Assembly: GCF_016432865.1 (NCBI RefSeq)
Contig: NC_067403.1
Location: 247,690,001 to 247,754,000 of the forward strand
Reading direction: 5' to 3'
DNA length: 64,000 nt
From: Antechinus flavipes
Lineage: Eukaryota
Shown here: in pieces, positions 25,860 through 35,886 of the stretch
Position numbering within the stretch: position 1 is the stretch's first letter
How the letters are laid out: every line of letters starts with the position of its first letter
Notes under the pieces: model-generated
Told to the model about the DNA's origin: nothing
Seen by the model: only the letters and a program-made list of their open reading frames with translations
The model's database searches: none
Program-made: the position numbers and the translations under genes

Positions 25860-27130
25860 TCTTTGTAGTCAAAAGATCTTTCTCCTTAGCAAGAAAATAA
25901 GAGCAAAATAAGAGTTGAATAACTCCATCTTTTCTCTGTTGTAAGTTATAATTGTTCTATCTATCCTGAAAAGTATCCTATTTCTTCTTTGAACATCTTT
26001 TCCCCCCTCAGTACAATTAAAGCAAAATCTGGCCTTTTTGGGACCCTTAGTTTTTGTCACTAACCTCCCCTCATTCTGGATACTTCTGAGACTATTTTTA
26101 TGGGATCATGTCATACTTTTGTCTTCACCTTTTGTTACTTTCCCTTATTTTCTATCTCCAGCACATATTCAAAATTGTAATTATGAAGGTGTTTATAGGT
26201 TCCAACCCAATGGAAATATGCCATATGAATATGAATAATGGAACTTCGTCAGGGGTTTCACTAGTCACACTAATCAGGACTTTCCTAGATATGGATTCTA
26301 CTTTTTTTTTAAAATAACTTTTTATTGACAGAACCCATGCCAGGGTAATTTTTTTACAGCATTATCCTTTGCACTCACTTCTGTTCCAATTTTTCCCCTC
26401 CCTCCCTCCACCCCCTCCTCCAGATGGCAAGCAGTCCTTTACATGTTGAATAGGTTACAGTATATCCTAGATACAATATACGTGTGCAGAAACGAACAGT
26501 TTTCTTGTTGCACAGGGAGAATTGGATTCAGAAGGTATAAATAATCCGGGAAGAAAACCAAAAATGCAAGCAGTTTATATTCATTTCCCAGTGTCCTTTC
26601 TTTGGGTGTAGCTGCTTCTGTCTATCCTTGATCCATTGAAACTGAATTAGCTCTCTTTATCGAAGAGATCCACTTCCATCAATCACATAGTATCGTTGTT
26701 GAGGTATATAATGATCTCCTGGTTCTGCTCATTTCACTCAGCATCAGTTCATGTAAGTCTCGCCAGTCCTCTCTGTATTCATCCTGCTGGTCATTCCTTA
26801 CAGAACAATAATATTCCATAACATTCATATACCACAATTTACTCAACCATTCTCCAATGGATGGGCATCCATTCATTTTCCAGTTTATGGCCACTACACA
26901 CAGGGCTGCCACAAACCTGCACATACAGGTCCCTTTCCCTTCTTTAGTACTAGATATGGATTCTAAAAAATCTAAACTGATTGTTGAATTCCCCATGTAT
27001 CCATATTAGTTTCTTGAGACTATTTCCTCTTTCTCCCTCATTGGAATGAATTGTTTCTTGTCTTCTGTATCATTCTTAAGAGTTTTTTTGACTTTCCTGG
27101 ATTGTAAAGAGAAATGGTGAACTATAGGTA
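25860..27130 (-). mobile_element. L3/CR1 ORF2 fragment, interrupted by the L1 at 26301-26949
   Basis: ORF 25869-26060 reads IITYNREKMELFNSYFALIF, cf. CR1 tether region ITDDREKAELLNSYFASVF; right boundary approximate. Confidence 0.65.
26301..26949 (-). mobile_element. L1 3' end including ORF2 C-terminus, with perfect 16-bp TSD
   Basis: TSD ctagatatggattcta at 26285-26300 and 26950-26965; minus ORF 26679-26996 reads FVAALCVVAINWKMNGCPSIGEWLSKLWYMNVMEYYCSVRND, typical L1 ORF2 C-terminus. Confidence 0.93.
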
Positions 27131-28444
27131 CATGTCAGCTAAAGCACAAGTGTGGACTTAGTCTGCACTTTGGGCTTTTATTGGCTCTTCTGTTTTATTT
27201 ATTTGATGATTATTGTTGAGATGAGATTTGAACTCAGGAAACTGACTCTTGCTAACTTTAATTCTGGCATCTTTTATCCACTTTATATTTATACCAGACT
27301 GGAGTACTCATTATTCTCCTTTTATTTCCATTTTTTGCCTCCATGTCCTTGCACAGGTCCCATCACCAGTGGCTAGAATTTATATTTTTATTACACTTCA
27401 AGATGGCTACATACTGTGATCCTTGACTACTAACTTATAGTGTAGTAGAGACAGCTAGTGCTACAGTGGATAGAGTGAACTCTTGTCCTGGAATCAGAAA
27501 GAGCTGAGTTCAAATCCAGCCTATAAGTATAACCCTGGACAAATCACTTTGTCTGCCTTGATTTCCACAACTATAAAATGAAGAGAAATAATAATACCTA
27601 CCTCCTAGGCTCATTGTGAGAATCAAATTTAATAACAGTTATAAAAAGTGCTTAGTACAGTGCTTGGCACACAGTAGGTGCTATATAAATGCTACTTATT
27701 TCCCTTGTCTCAGTCTTATATTTGTCTTGTAGGGGAGCAGCGGCATCCACCTTTTCACACACAGGGCTCAAGGAGATAGCTCCAGAGTCTTGTGTTAGAT
27801 ATTAGTCCTTTAACTTAGAAACTAAATAGGTCTCTTAGCTACACCCTTTGGAAAAGATGACAAAAGTCCTTCACACTCCAGTCCACTAAAATCTCCTTCT
27901 AAGGTCTGGGATTTGACCTGTGGACAGGGATTACCAATCAGACCTTGTATTGTATTTGGGGTGGTCATTATTAATTAGAAGAGAAAACAGAGAGCTCAGT
28001 CAGTAGGGAATGTCTTCATTTGCAGGGACAGGTCTTCTAAAAGAAGATGGAGGTTTTTTGGTCATGTTGGCCATTAACCATGGAATACTGAGGGCTGCTT
28101 TCAGAGTATCCCTCTCGATACTTCTTCAACCCTTCAGTTATTCTACATACTTCTCTGTGTGATCTCTTTTTCTTTCTCTTTCTCTTTCTGTCTCTCTCTT
28201 TTTCTATCTCTATCTCTGTCTGTCTCTGACTCTATCTCTCTCCCTCGCCTCCTTTTCTCATTCCATGGGTACAATGGAAGGAACACGGGATTTCAAATGG
28301 AATACTTAGATTTAAATTCTGGCTCTGCTACCTAATATCTGTATAAATTTGGACAAGTGACAACATTTCTTAGGTAGTTTTCTTATCTGTAAAACTGAAG
28401 AATTTGTATTAGATCATCTTAAAAAAGGTCCCTTCCAGCTCAGA

Positions 28445-29570
28445 AAAAAATTTTAAATTTATTTTTATTTTGTTAAATATTTCCCAATTACATATACATT
28501 TAAAAAAGATCATTAAAATTATTTTACATTCCAAATTTTCTCTTTCCTTCCTGCACTTCCCCCTGTAATGGGCTGAGGCTTGAGTTGATGCACTAAGGTC
28601 TTAAGCATGTGAGGCTAAATAGTAATTGGACCATAATCTATTAATATATATGCTTGGAGAAAGAATGGCCCCCGCCCACTCTTTGTGCAAATCCTGATGT
28701 GTTATATAGGAAATGATGATTTTGGTGGGTGGAGGCGGAGGGGTGGAGATAGGAGTGGAGAGAGAAAGCTGGCTGGTTTCTTGTCACAGCTCCTCACATT
28801 GCTATCGCGATCCCCCTTCATCTCCGATCCTTCTTCACCTCTACTGAGAATAAAGATTGAAGATTTTCCCTTAACCTGAATTCCTGACTCCGGCTGATTT
28901 TAAAATATGGGGTCACCACATCCCCCTTCTTGAGAAAACAAATGATTTGATATTGATTACATATATAAAGTCATGCAAGACATTTCTATATTAGTTACAT
29001 TGCAAAGGAAAGCACAAACAAAACAAAATAATAAACATAAAATTAAAAAAATATGCTTCCATCTGCTCTCAACAATTATTAATTCTTTGGAAGTGGACAG
29101 ACAATATTTTTCATCATGGACTCTTTGACATTGCCTTGGATCACTGTATTGATCAGAGTGACCAATTCATTCATTGTTGATCATATGACAATTTTGTTGT
29201 TATTGTGTATAATGTTTTCCTAGTTCTGCTCATTTCACTTTGCATGATTTCATATAAGTTTTTCCAGCTTTTTCTCAAGCCATATTGCTTATCATTTCTC
29301 ATAACACAATAGTTTCCTACCCCCATTATATATCACAGTAGATATAGTCATTCCACAATAGTTGGGCATCTGTTCAATTTCTAATTTTTTAGCTACTGGG
29401 AATGGAACTTGTATAAATATTTTTGTACATATGGGTCCTTTCCCCTTTCCTTTCAGAGTTAATAGTGACATTGCTTGGTTAAAGGATATGCACAGTATTA
29501 TGGCCTTTTGGACATAGTTCCAAATTGTAGGCTAGAGTGGTTGAACTAGTTCATAACTCCACTAACAGTC
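28445..29570 (-). mobile_element. Older L1 3' region, interrupted by the solo LTR
   Basis: T-rich tail at left, gttctgctcatttcactttgcat and gggtcctttcccc segments homologous to L1 ORF2 end/3' UTR. Confidence 0.75.
28564..28920 (+). mobile_element. Solo LTR (357 bp), probably ERV class II/betaretrovirus-like
   Basis: TG...CA termini, 6-bp TSD tccccc (28558-28563 and 28921-28926), GC box ~28670, TATA-like tatata 28703, AATAAA 28849, retained CpGs; splits an older L1 3' end. Confidence 0.85.
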
Positions 29571-30774
29571 CATTAGTGTTCCAATTTTCCCATATCTCCT
29601 CCAGCATTTCTCATTTTCCAATTAATTATTTGATAAAGCTAGAAAAATTAGTAACAGGAGTCAACCAGAAGAACAATGAATTCAAATCTGTTCTTATACA
29701 TTTACCTAGCTATGTGACTCTGGAAAAGTCAATTAACCCTGTTTACCTCAGTTTCCTCATTTGTTAAATAAGATTAAGAAGGAAATTGCACAGGAGGCCT
29801 TAAAGAGTTGGACGTGACTGAAACAATTGAACAACAACAAGAAGAATATTCAATGAAGAAATAAAGAAAGAAATGAGAAACCACTCAAGTATCTTTGCCA
29901 AGAAAACCTCAATGGGATAGTGAAGTGTCAGACACTACTGAAATGATTGAATAACAACAATGAAAACAATAACAACAACAACATTTCTACATTTTGTGTT
30001 CTCAGATTTCTTCTATTTTTGATATTCCATGTCCCAAGGTCCCTGAAATTCTGGATTTTAAGCTCTGTCCAAGCTCTAACATTCTATGTTAGAAAACTTT
30101 CAGTTTTGATATTCTAAGTTTTCTGTTCTAAGATCTCATCCATTTCTTATAGTCTATATTCTTAGGATCCCATCCTCTCTGACCCTGTAAAGATGAAGTT
30201 GTTTTTCAGATTTCCAGTTTTGTGATTTTGAGTCTATCAATGATCAGGATGATACTTACTAGCATCATTACTCCTAAGAAGCTTTGTACTTTTGTGACTC
30301 TGTGCCTTAGTTTCCTTATCTGTTTTAGTTATATTTATTTTATTTTTGATTTATTTATATTTAAAGAGTTGCTTTGAGGACACATTGAAAAACAAAACTC
30401 AGAGAGTTAAAAGTGTCTTCAAGTGTGAAGTTTTGTCACCTCATCCTTTCCCTCTTTTTCCTTTTTACCTGTGGAGGGAGCTGCATAGCTTTGTGAACTA
30501 GAACCTCTCTTGGGGCCTGACTCAAATGGAGAATGACAGGGCCTCTTGAATAAATATTTTTCAGAAAGAGAAAACATTTCTCAGTTTTGGAGTGATCTGA
30601 CATGGTTAATGCTGATACTCAGGCTAGGCCACCAGATCAACTTCTCTTTCAGGTACTCCAGTTCCCTCTCCATATTGCCTCCTAAAATCTCCCTTTTACC
30701 TAAGAATAAAGAGAGAGATTTGGTCAAGTACTCAACTAAGAGAAGCCACATAAAGAGAAGACACATAAGTATAA

Positions 30775-31030
30775 TGGAGCAGATGGAAGCATACCTTTTT
30801 AAACTTTATTTTTATTATTTTGTTTGTGCTTTCCTTTGCAATGTAACTAATATAGAAATGTCTTGCATGACTTTACATATATAATCACTATCAAATCACT
30901 TATTTTCTCAGGAAGGGGGAAGTGCAGGAAGGAGAGAGAAAATTTGGAGTGCAAAATAATTTTAAAGATCTTTTTAAGATGTGTATGTAATTGGGAAATA
31001 TTTAACAAAATAAAAACAAATAAAAAAATT
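30775..31030 (+). mobile_element. Older L1 3' UTR fragment, present in B and absent from B'
   Basis: About 91% identical to the reverse complement of 28455-29068 (LTR removed); ends in an A-rich tail. Confidence 0.8.
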
Positions 31031-32233
31031 TCTTGTCTTTTTCTTCCTCTGTGTCTATCCCAAAGGTGCCATTTGGATACTTTCTTGGAGATTTGCAGTT
31101 ATGTCACGTCTTTTATTTATATAACATCTCTCTCCTGATAACTGGTGTGGTTGCCAACAAATAGAATTCCTGACATCATTCCAATTGGGGAAACTAGTGC
31201 ATGGTTTGGATTGGTTATGGAGCAAGGAAGAATGCTTACATCTCTTCTTACTGGGTGAGAGAGAGAAGGAGGAGTAGGACATCTAATAGGACTTCAACAC
31301 TGGGATTTGGATGATTATGCTACAGACTGGAAAAAGAAAACAACAACAAATCACTCTTTAGTTCTCCAACGTAAATCCCACCAGTGTACTCTTACATGAT
31401 TGCACATAGGGAATAATGGATTCTCCCTGTTGACTCCCATCAACTGCTTGCTATTCCCCTGACTATCAGACAACAACTTGAAATAGTGTGGCCCTGGCCT
31501 GGTATTTGATGCAGGAGCATAATGAGACTTGTTCTTGATTCAGATTTTGTTTACGTAGCAATTCTGGTGGCTGGGCTTGGATTGAACCAAAAGAGAAGAG
31601 GCAGTGTGGTGAAGTAAAAAAAAGTGTGGGATTTGTAGTCAAAGGACCTGGGTTTAAATTCTGTTCCTTTTTCTCCTCATTATTTGTTTGATTTTCAGTT
31701 TGGATCTCAGTTCCTTCATCTGATAAAAGAGAAGGATGACTTAGATAACCTTTAACATCTTTTCCAGATCTCAACTTATTATCCTATATCCCCCTTGCAA
31801 ATCCTAATGAATGCTATTATTCCTTCTTACCCAGGAGAGTATTTCACGGATGAAAGAAGTTAAAAAATTTTGCCATCATAGAATGCCGGGTCAGAGAAAT
31901 CTCAAAAGATCAATTTACCAAAGTGTACCTAAGTCACAATGACTGGGCTTTTGATGCAAGGAACTGAATGTAGAGGGCACAAAATGTACTTGCACTCCTT
32001 TAGCTAGCTGTGTGACTCTGGGAAAGTCATTGTTGAGGGACTAAAACATTACTCTCAAGTTCCAAGATGCAGGGTCGTATCTTTCTCTAGTATTTTACTT
32101 CCTATATGACTTTGGAAAATCATTTAGCATCTCCAGGCTTCAACTTTTTCAACTGTAAAATTAGATATATGACTTCTGTGGTTCAGTCCTATTCTAAATC
32201 TATGATCCAGTGATCCTTTCATCTCATTTACAG

Positions 32234-32322
32234 AGATGAGCACATGATTATTAAGAACAATTAACTCATGTAATGAGTTAAAAGATGATGCTTTCACCCA
32301 TCACATCCTGGCTACTTGACAG
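32234..32322 (+). other. Candidate non-coding 5' UTR exon of OR9Q-like gene (paralog 55364-55454)
   Basis: ctttcatctcatttacag acceptor and cag|gtaagc donor, both retained in the paralog. Confidence 0.5.
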
Positions 32323-32582
32323 GTAAGCTTCCCTTCAGTCTTGTGATGACCTTTGTAGAGACATAAATGACATCTCCAATCTTCACCCTATGTCTCAGCT
32401 TAAAAATGATTTGAAGGTGTTTGAAGTCTTGTTTGTGCTGCCTCACATTGAAATTTGCTAGATATATCTCTGTTATCTTGGGGTTGTTATTTGCTTACTG
32501 TTACCTACCTAATAAATAGGAGTAGTGGTGATCCATTATGGTTTTCTGATCATTATTCCAATGCTTTTAGTACTACCCCAGA

Positions 32583-32741
32583 NNNNNNNNNNNNNNNNNN
32601 NNNNNNNNNNNNNNNNNNNNNNNNNNNNNNNNNNNNNNNNNNNNNNNNNNNNNNNNNNNNNNNNNNNNNNNNNNNNNNNNNNNNNNNNNNNNNNNNNNNN
32701 NNNNNNNNNNNNNNNNNNNNNNNNNNNNNNNNNNNNNNNNN
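32583..32741. other. Assembly gap (159 N)
   Basis: Direct reading. Confidence 1.
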
Positions 32742-33623
32742 NGGGAAGGAAGAAATCAGAATGAAGTAGAACTCAGGTGAGGAAATTTATCTGACTCATG
32801 CCCAAGTGATTAAGTATCCAGGTCCCATTTCTGTTAGAACCTACTACTGGTGTGATGTGGGCAAGTCCATCAGATGACAAGCATTCAAGGGCCTGTTGTG
32901 TTCCAGGGACTTTGCTAGGCTCTAGGGAGAAAGACACAAAAGTGAGACAGGGATCCTCCAGGTCTCAGATTCCTTATCTGTAAAACATGAGAGTTGGACT
33001 AGATGATCTATAAGGTCTCCCCTAGATCTAAATCTATGATATTCTGAATTCTTCTGAAGGTCTCCAAGGTCAAGGTGCATGGAATTACTAAATCAACTCA
33101 TTATTTATGAGTCTCTGATTATCAAGCTGTTTCCTTTAGTTTTCTCATCTGTACCATGGGGACAATAATGCTTTCATCTCATAGGAAATGTGAAGAAAGT
33201 AGTTTGTAAATCTTGAAAACTTAGAGAAATGTGAACTATTATTAGTTAGGAACTAGAAAAGTTCTAGGGTTTTGAAATTTGTCCTGCATATTAGGGTTAG
33301 GGTTCCAAAATGCTTATTTTTGTGTTTGATAGTAAGTTTAGAATATTTCCATTAAGCCTGTGGAACAAATTGGATATGAAGAATGAAGACCTGGGTGTGA
33401 ATCATGATTCTGGAGTTTATTACCTGTGTGATCTTGGGCAAGTCAGCAAAATCAAAGTTTAAATTTTGTGCTCCTTTGTCTTAGGATTTAAAGCCAAACC
33501 TCCTCATTTTAGTGATCAAAGAAACAAATTCAACAACTGGTAAAAAAAAAACTTTTCTTAAGTCATTCTCAAAAGTTCTAGCCAGATCTGAATCCTGTCA
33601 TTTAGAAAAGGAGCCTGTTCTTC

Positions 33624-33815
33624 CAAGGGTTCTTAACCATTTTTGGTCATGGAATCCTTTGTCTCATGAAACCTATAGGCCCTTTCTTAGAATATTATTT
33701 TTTAAATTAAAATTGAAAAATACAAGACAGGATGATGAGATAGCCAATTACATTGAAATATAGTTAGCAAAATAGCAAAACAAATAAATTACAGGATGCT
33801 GAATTAAGAACCTCA
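33624..33815. mobile_element. hAT/Charlie-like non-autonomous DNA element (related pieces ~5430-5560, ~11065-11210, ~42860-42980, paralog ~56770-57820)
   Basis: Near-inverted termini gggttcttaac / attaagaacct around an AT-rich core. Confidence 0.5.
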
Positions 33816-34194
33816 ACTTTAGGTTCACCTAACTTCACCTAAAGTTGGGGAAGGAAAACACTGGCTTTTGAATTCAAAGATGGAGGTTTCATATTTGGCT
33901 CTGCCACTAGGCAAGCCTTAGTTTCTCCATCAGTCAATCAATCAGTAAATATTTATTAAGTGCCTGCCATGTGTTAGCTGCTATGCTAAGCTAAAGAAAG
34001 GTAAACACCAATCTTTTCTCTAAAAGAGTTCGCATGTAAGTCCTTTCTCTAAAAGAGTTCTCCATGTAAAAAATTATGCTCACAGTCTAATGAGGTGAAT
34101 GGCATATAATCAATTATGTTCAAGGAAGAAAAGGGCAGGAAAAATTGGAGATAATCAACAATTTGAAGACACTACTATTAAAGGGGATAAAGGT

Positions 34195-34315
34195 AGGACA
34201 GTTAGATGGTGCAATGAATAAAGCACAGACCCTGGAGTAAAGAGGAACTAGACTTAGACACTTATCAGCTGTGTGATCCAGGAAAGTCACTGAACTCTGA
34301 TTTTCCCCTCAAAAA
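34195..34315 (+). mobile_element. Short marsupial tRNA-derived SINE (WSINE1-like); paralog ~58115-58235
   Basis: ggacagttagatggtgcaatgaataaagcac head, gctgtgtgatccaggaaagtcac core, A-rich end; shared by B and B'. Confidence 0.6.
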
Positions 34316-34899
34316 GAAGAGGTAAGGAGTTAAAGAAAAGCTTCTTGTAGAAAGAAGGACATTAGTTGTCACTTGAAGGAAGATGGAGAAGCCAGAGGTC
34401 AAGAGGTATGAGCTACTTCTCTGTCTGTCGGTCTACCTCTCTCTCTCTCTCATTTATCAGGTTTAGGAAAAGTGATTTGTAAACTTCATAAGATGGGATT
34501 TGTGTCTCTCAAAGAAAAAAAGCTGTGTTGTTAGGTCATCAACACAAATGATATTTGATGAAACAGATGAACACAAATAAAGCTTTGCTCTTGGTGATGA
34601 TTGGTGAACATCGGCCATTCGTGTGTTTTCAGAGAATGTTCTTTTTCAAATTATACTTGTTTGTTTAAGAACTAAAATTATTTGTAGAAATCCAAGGAGT
34701 TTCCACTATTTTAATTTCCTTTGATCTGCACATCTGGGATATGGATGGGCAGGTGCAATCTCATTTGCATTGCTTAGCTTGTTAGTGGTTGAGCAGGAAT
34801 TAGAGATACAGCCATAATAACTCAGAGAATTTTACTTTTGAGGCTCAGGTTTTTCATACATGAGACTTGGTTTCTTTTCTTCCCAGGGTCTTTAACTTG

Positions 34900-34921
34900 T
34901 TTCTCCTCTTAGTTCTTTCAG
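34900..34921 (+). other. Splice acceptor preceding OR9Q-like CDS (paralog AG ends at 58874)
   Basis: ttctcctcttagttctttcag|gtactagcgaataaATG; conserved as ttagttctctcag|gtaccagtgaataaATG. Confidence 0.7.
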
Positions 34922-34935
34922 GTACTAGCGAATAA

Positions 34936-35886
34936 ATGGCTGAGAAAAATCATACCATCTTGACGGAGTTTTTCTTTATCACATTCACTGAACACCCAGA
35001 GTTGGGACTTCCTCTCTTCCTGTTTTTTCTGGGTCTGTATGTCATCACCTTGTTGGGGAATTCAGGGATGGTCTTTCTAATATGCACAGACTCCAAGCTC
35101 AGCACCCCCATGTACTTCTTTTTGAGCCACCTTGCTTCTGTGGACATCTGCTACTCCTCAGCCATCACTCCTCAGGTACTGGCCATATTGCTCAAGCAGG
35201 GGCTAGTTGTCTCCTATGAATGCTGTGCTGCCCAGTTTTTCTTCTCCACCTTCTTGGGTGCCACTGACTGTTACCTCCTGGCTGCCATGGCTTATGACCG
35301 CTATGTGGCTGTGTGCCAGCCTCTGCTACATATGACTATCATGACCAAGAAGACTTGTGTGGTTTTAGCAGCTGCATCTTATGCCGCTGCCCTATTTGCC
35401 GCCACAGTACGCACCGCAGCTGCCTTCACCCTCTCCTTCTGTGGCGACAACCAGATTGATTTTGTCTTTTGTGACCTCCCACCCCTCCTGAAGCTTACCT
35501 GTGGGGACAGCTCCACCCAGGAATTGGTGATTGTTGTGTTTGCTATTTTTGTGATCCCTGCCTGTATGGTGGTGATCCTGGTCTCCTACTTGTTTATCTT
35601 CAGGGCTATTCTGCTCATCCCTTCAGCTGGGGGCAGAGCCAAGACCTTCTCCACTTGTGCCTCCCATATCATGGCAGTTTCCCTTTTCTTTGGTACACTC
35701 ATCTTCATGTATGTGCGATCGAATGAAGGGAATTCCCTGCAGGAGGACCGGATAGTGTCAATGATGTACACGATCATCATCCCTATGTTGAACCCCCTCA
35801 TCTATAGTTTGAGGAACAAAGAGGTGAAGGAGGCCATGAGAAAAGCTTTGAGGAATGCAAAGTTCTTCAGGAGAGACCTTGGTTGA
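34936..35886 (+). CDS. OR9Q2-like: Olfactory receptor, OR9Q subfamily-like, intact, 316 aa (copy in block B)
   Basis: LSTPMYFFL, MAYDRYVAVCQP, FCDLPPLLKLTCGDS, RAKTFSTCASH, PMLNPLIYSLRNKEVK; RTAAAFTLSFCG and CGDSSTQE..IVVFAIFVIPAC closely resemble human OR9Q1/OR9Q2 as I recall them. Confidence 0.93.
   Translation: MAEKNHTILTEFFFITFTEHPELGLPLFLFFLGLYVITLLGNSGMVFLICTDSKLSTPMYFFLSHLASVDICYSSAITPQVLAILLKQGLVVSYECCAAQFFFSTFLGATDCYLLAAMAYDRYVAVCQPLLHMTIMTKKTCVVLAAASYAAALFAATVRTAAAFTLSFCGDNQIDFVFCDLPPLLKLTCGDSSTQELVIVVFAIFVIPACMVVILVSYLFIFRAILLIPSAGGRAKTFSTCASHIMAVSLFFGTLIFMYVRSNEGNSLQEDRIVSMMYTIIIPMLNPLIYSLRNKEVKEAMRKALRNAKFFRRDLG

Larger units (their letters stand above)
22765..27945 (+). repeat. 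Segmental duplication copy A' (longer: extra L1 at 24697-25170 and extra ~1.7 kb at ~25718-27440)
   Basis: Same colinear alignment to 60-3075; similarity ends near ccaatcagacc (~3062-3072 / ~27934-27944). Confidence 0.9.
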
